Origin: an uncultured candidatus Brocadiaceae bacterium | GTDB lineage: Bacteria; Planctomycetota; Brocadiia; SM23-32 | Direction: 5' to 3' | Length of the DNA stretch: 64,000 nucleotides | Assembly: GCA_964572825.1 (NCBI GenBank) | Contig: CAZNGS010000009.1 | Coordinates: 8,413-72,412, forward strand | Part shown: positions 49,436 through 58,733 of the stretch, piece after piece | Position numbering within the stretch: the stretch's first letter is position 1 | Layout of the letters: each line of letters begins with the position of its first letter | Translations under genes and position numbers: made by a program | Notes under the pieces: model-generated | Databases searched by the model: none | Seen by the model: only the letters and a program-made list of their open reading frames with translations | Told to the model about the DNA's origin: nothing

Positions 49436-50376
49436 GGGCTGCCGAACATGTTGGAGAGCTCGGACCACCATTGCTGTGCCTGCGACCGCAGAGCGCCGGC
49501 CAGGGTCAGCGCCAACTGCGCCTCCAGCATCCCCGCCGGAGTCCCCACGTCGAACCTGGCCCCATCCACCACCAGGCCCCGGTAGGGTTCGGCCTCCGCC
49601 AACAGGTCCTGGGCCATGGTGAGCTGGAACTCGCCCCGCTGCCGTCGTCCCTCCCGGATCATGCGTTCCAGGATGTCGAAAATGCCCGGCGTGAACACGT
49701 GCATGCCGAAGTGGGTCAGGTAGCGCCCGTCCCCCAGCCCGGGGACCCGGCACCGTTCCCTGGCCACCTGGACGCTGGGTTTCTCGATGAACCCCTCCAC
49801 CTCTATCAAACTCGGAATGGCGTCCGCCGGACGGCCCCGTGCGACCCCGAAACGGCCCACCGCTCCCTCGGGCGAGGGCGTCAATGCGGTGAGACTGGCC
49901 CCTTCGAAAACGGTCACAAGCTGTCCAGCGCAGGGCCGCTCCGTACGGCTGATGTAGACGTGGTCGCCCAGCAACGCCAGGAAGGGCTCGTCCCCCACCC
50001 AGTCGCGTGCGCACCAGATGGCGTGTCCCAGCCCTTGCTGTTCCTCCTGGGGGACGAAACTCAGACGCTCGCCCATCTCCTGCAGCCTGTCCGACCACTG
50101 GAAGGCCCATTTCTTGCCTTCGTAGTGGGGGCGCGCGTGCTCGGGCATCGCTCTAAAGTAGCGGCGGAACTCCTCGCGCGCGCCGGGCTGGCACACAATG
50201 CAGACCTCCTCCACCCCGGCCGCCAGCGCCTCCTCCACGCCCATTTGCACCACGGGCTTGGTATACCCGTCGCGGTCCACCAGCGGAAAAAGCTCTTTGC
50301 GCACGCAGGAACTGGCCGGGTACTGGCGCGTGCCCATGCCGGCGGCCGGGATTACGGCCTTCTGCACCATTGTCAT
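49432..50376 (-). CDS. galU: UTP--glucose-1-phosphate uridylyltransferase
   Basis: MTMVQKAVIPAAGMGTRQYPAS...KELFPLVD is the GalU nucleotidyltransferase signature. The start is at the ATG 50376. Confidence 0.85.
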   Translation of the reverse strand: MTMVQKAVIPAAGMGTRQYPASSCVRKELFPLVDRDGYTKPVVQMGVEEALAAGVEEVCIVCQPGAREEFRRYFRAMPEHARPHYEGKKWAFQWSDRLQEMGERLSFVPQEEQQGLGHAIWCARDWVGDEPFLALLGDHVYISRTERPCAGQLVTVFEGASLTALTPSPEGAVGRFGVARGRPADAIPSLIEVEGFIEKPSVQVARERCRVPGLGDGRYLTHFGMHVFTPGIFDILERMIREGRRQRGEFQLTMAQDLLAEAEPYRGLVVDGARFDVGTPAGMLEAQLALTLAGALRSQAQQWWSELSNMFGSP

Positions 50377-50616
50377 ATCGGAGCCCCTTGATGGCAGAGC
50401 TTGTTCTACAGTCCGGCCTGCGCCGGAAAGGGATGCGGCGCCGCGAGGCGGCAAGGCGCAAGCCCTTCATTCTAACGCGACACCGTGGGACTGCAAAATG
50501 CCGGCGCGGACGGTTGTCTTTCGACCGGTGCTCTGATATGAAAGAGGATCGCCAGATGAAGGCATGCAGGGCAGAGACCGCTGGCTCAACGGCACTGCCC
50601 GACAGGAGCGAACGTC

Positions 50617-51942
50617 ATGATGACCTTTCCGGAGGGTTTCGTCTGGGGTGCTGCCACGTCCGCCTTCCAGGTCGAAGGGGCAGCGCGCGAAGACGGCAAA
50701 GCCCCCTCCATATGGGACACCCACGTGCACAAGCCGGGCACGGTCCGAGACGGCTCAAACGCCGACATCGCCGCCGACAGCTACCACCGCTGGCGGGAGG
50801 ACATCGAGTGCCTGAACGAGCTGGGCGCCGATGCCTACCGGTTCTCCATCTCCTGGCCCCGGGTCATTCCGGACGGACGCGGCCCCGGGAACCAGAAGGG
50901 CTTCGACTATTACAACCGCCTGATCGACGCCCTGCTGGAGAACGGCATCACTCCCTACGTCACCCTCTACCACTGGGACCTGCCGCAGGCCCTGGAGGAC
51001 CAGGTGGGCTGGGAAAGCCGGGAGATGGCGGGCATTTTCGCGGACTACGCCGGCCGCATGGTCGCCGCCTTCGGCGACCGCGTCACCCACTGGCTGACGT
51101 TCAACGAAATGCACGCCCTCGTCGATCAGGGCTACGGTACGGGAACCAAGGCGCCCGGGAAGAAACTGCCCGAAAAAGAGGTCACGCAGGTCTATCACCA
51201 CGTTCTGCTCGCCCACGGGAAGGCCGTCCGCCGCATGCGCGCCGAGCGGGATGGCCTGCAGATCGGCACGGCAGAGAATCCTCGCGCCTGCGTGCCCGTC
51301 GTCGCCACGGAGGAGAACATCCGGGCTGCACGCATCGCGTGGGACCGCCAGATCGGGTTCCTCTTCGAGCCCATGTACAACGGGCGCTACCCGGACGGGC
51401 TCGGCGTGTGTCCAGATGTGCGTGAGGGGGATATGGAGACCATCCGGGCAGACCTCGACCTGGTGGGGCTCAACTTCTACTTTGGCACCTACGTGGAGGC
51501 CAGCGACGAGCCGCCGTACTACCGCCGGTTCCCCTGGCCGGAATACCACCCTGCCGCGCCATCCGAGGGATGGATCCGGATGATTCCGGAGGTCGTCTAC
51601 TGGGGGGTGCGCTTCGCCGCCGAGAGATACGACGTCCCGGCCATCTACGTCTTCGAGAACGGTTTCCCCCTGCCCGGGGACGAGGACCCGGAACAGAACC
51701 TGAACGACGTGTCGCGCATCATGTTCGTGCGCAGCTACCTGACCGCCCTCCACCGGGCCGTTCGGGAGGGCTACCCGGTCAAAGGATACTTCTACTGGAC
51801 GCTGATGGATTCCTTCGAATGGGCCAGCGGCTTCGGGAGCCGTTTTGGCCTCTACCGGACCGATTTCGAAACCCTGGAGAGGACGCCCCGGCTGAGCGCC
51901 CGCTGGTACGGCGAGGTGGCGGCGCGTAACGCCATTGTCTGA
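50617..51942 (+). CDS. GH1 beta-glucosidase
   Basis: FPEGFVWGAATSAFQVEGA, the TLYHWDLPQ region with the TFNE acid/base glutamate, and the nucleophile region YVFENG are present. AGGAG sits upstream. Confidence 0.9.
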   Translation: MMTFPEGFVWGAATSAFQVEGAAREDGKAPSIWDTHVHKPGTVRDGSNADIAADSYHRWREDIECLNELGADAYRFSISWPRVIPDGRGPGNQKGFDYYNRLIDALLENGITPYVTLYHWDLPQALEDQVGWESREMAGIFADYAGRMVAAFGDRVTHWLTFNEMHALVDQGYGTGTKAPGKKLPEKEVTQVYHHVLLAHGKAVRRMRAERDGLQIGTAENPRACVPVVATEENIRAARIAWDRQIGFLFEPMYNGRYPDGLGVCPDVREGDMETIRADLDLVGLNFYFGTYVEASDEPPYYRRFPWPEYHPAAPSEGWIRMIPEVVYWGVRFAAERYDVPAIYVFENGFPLPGDEDPEQNLNDVSRIMFVRSYLTALHRAVREGYPVKGYFYWTLMDSFEWASGFGSRFGLYRTDFETLERTPRLSARWYGEVAARNAIV

Positions 51943-52104
51943 CGCCGCGGGCCCGGACCATTGCAGCGAGCGTCTCCTGCGGCCCTATCAGTAAACCAGC
52001 ACAAAACCCGGGTCTACCGCGGGCGGCCGCGACCGGTCGCAATACAGTATGCGCAAAGACCGCGTTTCCACCCGAGGTTCGCCTTCCGCCTGGAGGGACG
52101 TGAA

Positions 52105-55100
52105 ATGAAGCGAGTGGCCCTGTTGACGGTGACGATCCTGGCAGTCTGTTCATCTGGCCCGTGGGGAGTGGACGCAGGGGCGGCCGAGTATTCCTGGCAG
52201 CGGCCGCACGCCCGGGTCCTTCCGAGGGGTGACCTGGAATGGGCGCCGCAGCCTTTCGAGTTCCAGGCCGGCGACGTGGTCCGCTGCATCGACTACGAGG
52301 GCGGCGACGACGCCAATCCCGGCACGAAGGCCCGGCCCTGGAAGCATCACCCCTGGGACCCCGCCGCCACCGGCCGGGCGGCCCGGGCCTCCGGCCCGAT
52401 CACCTACCTCTTCAAACGCGGTGTCATCTACCGGGGCAGGCTCCTCGCCGACGAATCCGGCGAGCCGGGCAACCCCGTCCGCCTGACCAGCGATCCCGAC
52501 TGGGGCGAGGGCGAGGCCGCGTTCTATGGCTCCAGGCGCATCGAGGACGGCTGGAGGCGCTGCACGTCCTCGGACGTCCCCGAGCACATGCCGGAGCCGG
52601 CGAAGGTGTGGTACAAAGACATCGGCACCGAGTGGCGCCCGTGGGCCCTGTGGGAGCTGCGGGACGGGCAGGTCACGCGCATCCCGATCGCCAGGGAGCC
52701 GAACTGGCAGATCAGCAATCCGGACGATCCCCAGAGCGAGTGGCACGAATGGACCGGCCGCATCAAGGGCGAGGGCTCCATCGACACGGTGCACCTGACC
52801 CAGAAGGACCCCCACTTTTTCGACGGCGGCTTCGTCTGGACCGAATGGAGCGGCAACATGGGCACCATCCACCTCGCCGCCATCCGGGGATACGATCCGG
52901 ACCGCCACCTGCTGAAGGCCGGCAACGGCAGCAAGGGCAACCGCTACTACATCGAGAACGTGCCGGGTTTTCTGGACTCCCCCGGCGAGTATTACCACGC
53001 CATGGACGGCCCCCACGCGGGCCGGCTCTACCTGCGCCTGCCGGACGACCGCAACCCCAATGGCGCCATTCTGGAGGGCAGCGCCGTCAAGGTGCCCATC
53101 ACCATCATCGACCGGGCAAACATCGAGATCAGCGGGCTGCGGTTCAGCTTCAACGACGTGGGAGACCCGGGCACGGGCTGGCCGCCCGCCACGCAGGCGC
53201 CGGCCGCCATTCGGGTGGCCGGCAACTGCCGCAACATCCGCGTCTCCCACTGCCGGTTCCTCCATGTGATGAGCGTGCTGACCGCCTACCCCCGCATGAA
53301 CGAGAAGTACACTCAAATCTACCTGCGCGACCTGCTGCCCTGGCGAGAGGACCTGGTGGAGAACATATCCATCACGGACTGCGACATCGCTTACGTTGAC
53401 CGCCCGGCGATACAGTTCCGCACCGGGCGCATGCTGGGGCGCATCGAATGGCCGCCCGTGGGCAAGCTGGGAAACGTCGCCGTGCTGCGCAACCGGCTCC
53501 ACCACGTAAGCAACCGACCGGGCGACAACATGTACAGCGCCATCCCCGCCATTTCGGTGCTCTTCCCCCGGGAGGCGGAGATCGCCGGCAACATCGTGGA
53601 CCGCTGCTGGGGCAGCGGCATCTTCGTTTTCGGCGGCAAGGCCAGCGGGGCCATCGGAGAGGCGCCCCTGACCCGCATCCTGATCCACCACAACAAGGCC
53701 ACCGATACCATGCTCGCCTGCAACGACTACGGGGGCATCGAATACTGGCAGGGCGGCCCCATCTACGCCTTCTGCAACATCTCCGGCAACTCCATCGGCT
53801 ACAAGAATTACATCGATATCAAGAACCACTGGAAGACCGTGGCCTACAACATGTACCTGGACGGGACCTTCAAGAGTTACACCTTTAACAACATCATCTG
53901 GGGCAAGAGCAACGATCTGGACTACCCTTACCGCAACCGCGGGGCCTACTTCGTGGTCCTGGGCTTCATGGACCACTTCTTCAACAATACCGCCTGCAGG
54001 TTTATGCACGGCATCGTGGGCTCGTCCGGCAACCGATCCAGCTTCCTGGGCAACGTGCTGGACGACATCAGCGTCTCCTTCATCCAGCAGAACCGGCCCG
54101 GCGACACCAGCCTGCGGGGAGGTGGAGACACCGGCGCGATGGGCCAGCGCGGCATGCCCACCAATGCCTACGGCTACAACATCTTCGTGGGCGACAGTGA
54201 ACGCGGCGTGGGCTCCGCGCGGGACGTGGGCGGCCCCACCGTCCAGGACTGGCGGGCCGACCTGGAAGAGCTTGGCGCCTTCTGCGCTCAGACCGGCTGG
54301 CGGACCGACCGAAGTCCGCTGCGCGACGGAGAGAACCACGATTTCGGCCTCGTGCCCGATTCCGCCGCGCAGGACCGCGGCGTGAAGTTCTTCGTGCCCT
54401 GGGCCCTTTACGGCATGGCCGGAGAGTGGAATTTCTACCTCCACCCCGCCGACCCCGCAGTGGTGCTCGGGGAAGGTTTCTACATGACCGAGGAATACGT
54501 CGAGAGGCACATGTACAGCAACATCCCCCGTATGAACCTGGAAGTGCCCGGCGCCACCGAGCAGGATTACGTCCGGGGCCCCCTGGAGGACTGGGTCAAG
54601 GGGGCCCTGCGCTTCAACGGCACCGACCGCTACGCCGTCCTCACCCACGAGGCCATCACGCAGGACCGCACCTACGGCCACGGTGTCCCCGAGGGCGAAG
54701 ACCGCATGAGCAGAGGCGAATTCCCCTTCGAGGGCGAGGAGCGCAAAAGCCTGGACATGGAGACCAATGACTTCCTGGTGGAGACCTGCTTCAGGACCGA
54801 ACCGGGCCACACCGGGGGGACGCTGGTCTCGAAAATGGGAGACGCCGGCTACCGGGTCTGCGTCAACGAGCGGGGCGGCACCACGCTGCTGATCCGGCAC
54901 GGGGAGGCCGTTGACCGGGCCGAGTGCGGCACGGCGGTCAACGACGGCCGGTGGCACCACGTGCTCGCCGAAGCCGACCGCGAAAACGCAGAGCTGAACA
55001 TCTACGTGGACGGCCGGCGCACGCGGCGGGCCCGGACCCACAACGTACCCCGCGGCGCATCGCTCGCCAACACGGCCGACTTCCTGGTGGGCAAAAGCCC

Positions 55101-55284
55101 GGAGGGCGACTACTTCGCCGGCGCGATGGACTTCCTGCGGGTCAGCCGCGGCACGCTGGCCGATGCCAACACCACGATCGAGGAGATCTACGCCTGGCAG
55201 TTCGACGGCCCGTTCCTGCGCGACTTCCGCGGCAACGAACCGCTCGGGAAACGCGATGCCGGGGCCATTGAGGGTGTGCAGTAG
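52105..55284 (+). CDS. secreted right-handed parallel beta-helix (pectate-lyase-fold) protein with a C-terminal LamG/concanavalin-A-like domain
   Basis: A signal peptide (MKRVALLTVTILAVCSSG) is followed by PbH1-type beta-helix repeats (NxxxxHH, NIxxNxI patterns). The C-terminal about 180 aa are jelly-roll like (GTAVNDGRWHHVLAE...LNIYVDG...ADFLVGK). GGAGGG precedes the ATG at 52105. Confidence 0.7.
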   Translation: MKRVALLTVTILAVCSSGPWGVDAGAAEYSWQRPHARVLPRGDLEWAPQPFEFQAGDVVRCIDYEGGDDANPGTKARPWKHHPWDPAATGRAARASGPITYLFKRGVIYRGRLLADESGEPGNPVRLTSDPDWGEGEAAFYGSRRIEDGWRRCTSSDVPEHMPEPAKVWYKDIGTEWRPWALWELRDGQVTRIPIAREPNWQISNPDDPQSEWHEWTGRIKGEGSIDTVHLTQKDPHFFDGGFVWTEWSGNMGTIHLAAIRGYDPDRHLLKAGNGSKGNRYYIENVPGFLDSPGEYYHAMDGPHAGRLYLRLPDDRNPNGAILEGSAVKVPITIIDRANIEISGLRFSFNDVGDPGTGWPPATQAPAAIRVAGNCRNIRVSHCRFLHVMSVLTAYPRMNEKYTQIYLRDLLPWREDLVENISITDCDIAYVDRPAIQFRTGRMLGRIEWPPVGKLGNVAVLRNRLHHVSNRPGDNMYSAIPAISVLFPREAEIAGNIVDRCWGSGIFVFGGKASGAIGEAPLTRILIHHNKATDTMLACNDYGGIEYWQGGPIYAFCNISGNSIGYKNYIDIKNHWKTVAYNMYLDGTFKSYTFNNIIWGKSNDLDYPYRNRGAYFVVLGFMDHFFNNTACRFMHGIVGSSGNRSSFLGNVLDDISVSFIQQNRPGDTSLRGGGDTGAMGQRGMPTNAYGYNIFVGDSERGVGSARDVGGPTVQDWRADLEELGAFCAQTGWRTDRSPLRDGENHDFGLVPDSAAQDRGVKFFVPWALYGMAGEWNFYLHPADPAVVLGEGFYMTEEYVERHMYSNIPRMNLEVPGATEQDYVRGPLEDWVKGALRFNGTDRYAVLTHEAITQDRTYGHGVPEGEDRMSRGEFPFEGEERKSLDMETNDFLVETCFRTEPGHTGGTLVSKMGDAGYRVCVNERGGTTLLIRHGEAVDRAECGTAVNDGRWHHVLAEADRENAELNIYVDGRRTRRARTHNVPRGASLANTADFLVGKSPEGDYFAGAMDFLRVSRGTLADANTTIEEIYAWQFDGPFLRDFRGNEPLGKRDAGAIEGVQ

Positions 55285-55334
55285 TCACCCCGTGGCACGA
55301 CGGTCGGTCACGGCGGCAACTGGCTGATCGGGTG

Positions 55335-55363
55335 GGGGCGGGACGTTCTGCACGGTCCGCCCC
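55335..55363. terminator. GC-rich hairpin between convergent genes
   Basis: GGGGCGGGAC-gttctgcacg-GTCCGCCCC forms about 9 bp with one bulge. It lies between the stop of the beta-helix gene (55284) and the stop of the AraC gene (55381). No U-tract follows. Confidence 0.35.
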
Positions 55364-55380
55364 TCCGCGAGGCGCCATTG

Positions 55381-56178
55381 TCACGTCCCGTGGCTGCCGC
55401 GGTATGCCGTGGGGCTCTGGCCGGCGTATTGCTTGAAGGCGGTGGCAAAATACCGCTGGTTGGGAAACCCTACGCGGCGGGCTACGTTTTGTACTGGCAT
55501 GTAGGGTAAGTCCAGCAGCAGCCGCTGGGCTTCCCGCATCCGCAGATTCAGAACGTACTGCCAGGGCGGGGTGTCGAACGCACGAGCCCACCATCGCCGG
55601 AAGGTGGAGGGGCTGAACGCGAAGCGCTCGGCCACGTCCGCCACGGTGAACTGCTCTGCCAGGTGTGCCTGTAACCACTGCTCGGCGGCGTAGATGCGTC
55701 GTAGCGGCTCCCGTTCAACCCGTCGGCCGGAGCCAAATCTGCTGGTCAGCAGCATCAGCCGCACCAGCGCATCCAACTGGTCGGCTACGCCCGGGGCGGC
55801 CGCGTTTTCCATCAGTTGCACCGCGCGGGTGCGGAAGGCGTTCATCGTGGGCGGGTCCTTCATCGGCCAGGGGTGCTCCGGCCAGACGTCCAGCCGCAGG
55901 GTCGTGCCGCTGTCCGCCAAAACGGCGTGGAACTCGTCCCACGTCACGTCCGGACCGTATCGGTAACGTTGCCCGGGCCGGGCGAGGAATACGGCGGGGG
56001 CGGTGATCTCATGGCGGGCGCCACGGTGGATCAGGCGCCCGGTGCCCCGGAAGATAAACATCGCCGCAGGCCGTACGAATATATGGTCCACCGCGTGGTC
56101 CAACCCGGTGCGCCAGCCGACAACGTGCAGCCACGGCTCACCGGTTTTGCGCGAGTAGTCGTGGAGCCCGGTGATCAT
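55381..56178 (-). CDS. AraC-family transcriptional regulator
   Basis: A C-terminal double HTH carries the AraC signature (FSPSTFRRWWARAFDTPPWQYVLNLRMREAQRLL...VGFPNQRYFATAFKQYAGQSP). The N-terminus is cupin-like. Confidence 0.85.
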   Translation of the reverse strand: MITGLHDYSRKTGEPWLHVVGWRTGLDHAVDHIFVRPAAMFIFRGTGRLIHRGARHEITAPAVFLARPGQRYRYGPDVTWDEFHAVLADSGTTLRLDVWPEHPWPMKDPPTMNAFRTRAVQLMENAAAPGVADQLDALVRLMLLTSRFGSGRRVEREPLRRIYAAEQWLQAHLAEQFTVADVAERFAFSPSTFRRWWARAFDTPPWQYVLNLRMREAQRLLLDLPYMPVQNVARRVGFPNQRYFATAFKQYAGQSPTAYRGSHGT

Positions 56179-56402
56179 ATATCAAACATATCCGACGGCA
56201 AAACGGACACGAAAACGCTTTCTAGTGCCGCTTGAGCAACCTATAATATACACTCGCATTGCAGGAATCTCAAACATGCGCGCGGGACCCCGCGTAGACC
56301 TGCGGCGGAGCAAGGTCCCGGCGCAGCGTCCGGACCGACTCCCCGGAGGAAGGGTTTACGCTGGGCGCTCAGATCAGATTACCCCCGGACGGAGGCAGGC
56401 AG

Positions 56403-57638
56403 ATGGCGCAAGCAGTGTACAAAGACGTGCGGGTTCTGGATTTCACGCAGTACCAGCAGGGCCCGGTCGCCACTCAGATGCTGGGCGACTTTGGGGCCGA
56501 AGTCATCAAGATCGAACGTCCCGGGAGCGGTGACGGTTTCCGCGGCAGCAGCGCAACCGGCAGCCTCAACGCCGACCTGGAGGGCGGCTACAGCAAGGCG
56601 TTCATCGCCTGCAATCGGAACAAGAAGAGCATCACGGTCAACCTGAAGAGCGAAAAGGGCACGCAGATTGTCCACGAGTTGGTGAAACTCTCCGACGTGG
56701 TGGTTTCGAATTTCCGCCCCGGTGTGATGGAGCGCCTGGGGCTGGGATACGACGAACTGAGCCAGATCAACCCCGGGATCATCTGCGCCTACGGCACGGG
56801 CTACGGCCTGACCGGCCCCGACCGCGACACGCTGGGGCAGGACATGATGGCCCAGTGCCGCGGAGGTCTGGTCAGGGGCGATCCTCCCCGCAAGGTCGGG
56901 TTCAACGTCTGCGACCAGATGGGGGGCTTCCTGCTGGCGATGGGCGTCATGCTGGCGCTGGCTGCGCGTGAGAAGACGGGAAAGGGGCAGATAGTGGATT
57001 CAAATCTGCTCAACACCGCGGTTGTGGCCGACAGTCTGGCGGCCACCGTTTACCTCAACTCGGAGAATTATCCGCCCGAACCTGAAGAGAAGCAAGGGTC
57101 CGAACAGGACCATGAGCCGAACATGCCCAATCCGACCTACGCCCTCTACCAGGCGGCTGACGGCAGATGGGTGCACATCATTGACGCCTTCCGCGACGAG
57201 CCGCTCCGGCGCCAGTGCCGGGCGCTGGACATCCCCGAGGAGGTGGCCGACGATCCCCGTTTCCAGGATGTCCATAACCTCAGCCCGGAAGCCTACGAGG
57301 AACTGAAGGGCATCCTGGCCGAAGCAGTGGCGAAGTTCACGGCCGAACAGGTGGTCAAGCGGTTCGAAAAACAGGATATGATGGCGGTGCCGGTCAACAG
57401 CTACCGCGAAACCTTCCAGGACCCCCAGGTGCTGCACAACAACATGGTCATCGAGGCACAGCATCCGCGGGCCGGCAAGATGAACCTGGTCGGTTTCCCC
57501 ATCAAGCTTTCCGATACACCGGCCGAACTGCGTGACCCGCCACCCCTGCTGGGCGAGCACAACGAAGAGGTGCTCGGCGACCTGCTGGGAATGAGCGACG
57601 AGGAGATCGAGACACTCAGGGACGAAGGCGTCATCTGA
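56403..57638 (+). CDS. family III CoA-transferase (CaiB/BaiF/Frc family)
   Basis: VRVLDFTQYQQGPVATQMLGDFGAEVIKIERP and a GYGLTGP region are present. The product is about 411 aa. GGAGG precedes the ATG. Confidence 0.85.
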   Translation: MAQAVYKDVRVLDFTQYQQGPVATQMLGDFGAEVIKIERPGSGDGFRGSSATGSLNADLEGGYSKAFIACNRNKKSITVNLKSEKGTQIVHELVKLSDVVVSNFRPGVMERLGLGYDELSQINPGIICAYGTGYGLTGPDRDTLGQDMMAQCRGGLVRGDPPRKVGFNVCDQMGGFLLAMGVMLALAAREKTGKGQIVDSNLLNTAVVADSLAATVYLNSENYPPEPEEKQGSEQDHEPNMPNPTYALYQAADGRWVHIIDAFRDEPLRRQCRALDIPEEVADDPRFQDVHNLSPEAYEELKGILAEAVAKFTAEQVVKRFEKQDMMAVPVNSYRETFQDPQVLHNNMVIEAQHPRAGKMNLVGFPIKLSDTPAELRDPPPLLGEHNEEVLGDLLGMSDEEIETLRDEGVI

Positions 57639-57668
57639 AAAGGACCTTCATAGAGGGGAGAGATAGCG

Positions 57669-58193
57669 GTGAGCGACGAGGAAAGGCAGATCATTACCGA
57701 CGAGGCGCTGGAGAAGCTCCGCGTGGGCGAACTGATCGACACCTATCAGTTTACGGTGACGGACAAGTGGGTGAAGAAATACGCCATGACCATTGAGGAT
57801 CCCAATCCCCTGTGGTTCGAGGACGAGTACGCCGAGCGAGAGGGCCGGTTTGGCCGCCGGGTCGCTCCCGCCGCGTTCTGCGTGGCCATGAACCCCATGG
57901 AAGCCAAAGGCTGCTGTCCGGCCAGCGCTTTCTGGGCCGAGCTGTACGGGGTCCCCGACCACGGGCATCACTGGGGCGGGCTGGCCGCCTACAACGAGTT
58001 CGAGTACGAGAAGCCGATCTACGTCGGCGACACGATAACCTGCGAGGTGCGCAACCGGCGTGCCTACGAGAAGCAGGGCTCGGAGGCCGTGCTGGTCATC
58101 GCCGAGACCGAGTATAAGATGATAAACCAGGACGACGAGACCGTCGGGATCGGCGTCTACGGCAACCTGGTCCAGTTCGGCAACGAGGACTGA
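57669..58193 (+). CDS. MaoC-like (hotdog-fold) dehydratase, N-terminal-half type subunit
   Basis: At 174 aa it resembles the N-terminal non-catalytic hotdog half of split MaoC / mesaconyl-CoA-type hydratases. GTG start with GGGGAG. Confidence 0.55.
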   Translation: MSDEERQIITDEALEKLRVGELIDTYQFTVTDKWVKKYAMTIEDPNPLWFEDEYAEREGRFGRRVAPAAFCVAMNPMEAKGCCPASAFWAELYGVPDHGHHWGGLAAYNEFEYEKPIYVGDTITCEVRNRRAYEKQGSEAVLVIAETEYKMINQDDETVGIGVYGNLVQFGNED

Positions 58194-58247
58194 GCACCGG
58201 CCGAGCCAGGGGATGCTCCTCCAGATCACCGCGAGGGAGAATACACG

Positions 58248-58733
58248 ATGTCTACTGCGCAGCTTTACTACGAAGACGTGAGCGTCGGCGACAACGTCCG
58301 TCCGCTCTACTTCTACATGGACCAGATGCAGCTCATCAAATGGGGCGAGGTCACCGGCAACAGCGACGCGGGCCACTGGCACATCTGGCACAACCGGCAC
58401 AAGGAGGTCTCCACCACCGAAACCGAGCGCAGCGGCCACGACCCCTCCGTGACCGGCCAGTTCAAAACGGCCCTGATGGAAAAGATGCTGATGGACTGGG
58501 CCGGCTCGCGCGCCTGGGTCAAGAAGATGTCCGTCCAGTACCGCGTCTGGGACCACTTCTTCGAACTGAAGACCTTTACCGGCACCGTCACCGGCAAGCG
58601 GCAGCAGGACGGCGAGAACCTGGTCGACCTGGAGGTCCAGATGGCCCGCGAGGACGGCCGCAGGACCACCAGGGGCACCGCGACGATCGCCCTGCCGTCC
58701 GCCTCGAAAAAGGAACCGGAGAGCAGCGAATGA
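58248..58733 (+). CDS. MaoC-like (hotdog-fold) enoyl-CoA hydratase/dehydratase subunit
   Basis: At 161 aa it is a hotdog fold. It pairs with the preceding gene. Its stop overlaps the next ATG as ATGA. Confidence 0.55.
   Translation: MSTAQLYYEDVSVGDNVRPLYFYMDQMQLIKWGEVTGNSDAGHWHIWHNRHKEVSTTETERSGHDPSVTGQFKTALMEKMLMDWAGSRAWVKKMSVQYRVWDHFFELKTFTGTVTGKRQQDGENLVDLEVQMAREDGRRTTRGTATIALPSASKKEPESSE

Noticed and set aside
49436-50110. 225-aa N-terminal extension of the NfnAB-like ORF (993-aa version)
   Set aside because: It overlaps the galU coding region in another frame and is low-complexity. The homology starts at MRFEILSKEEL.
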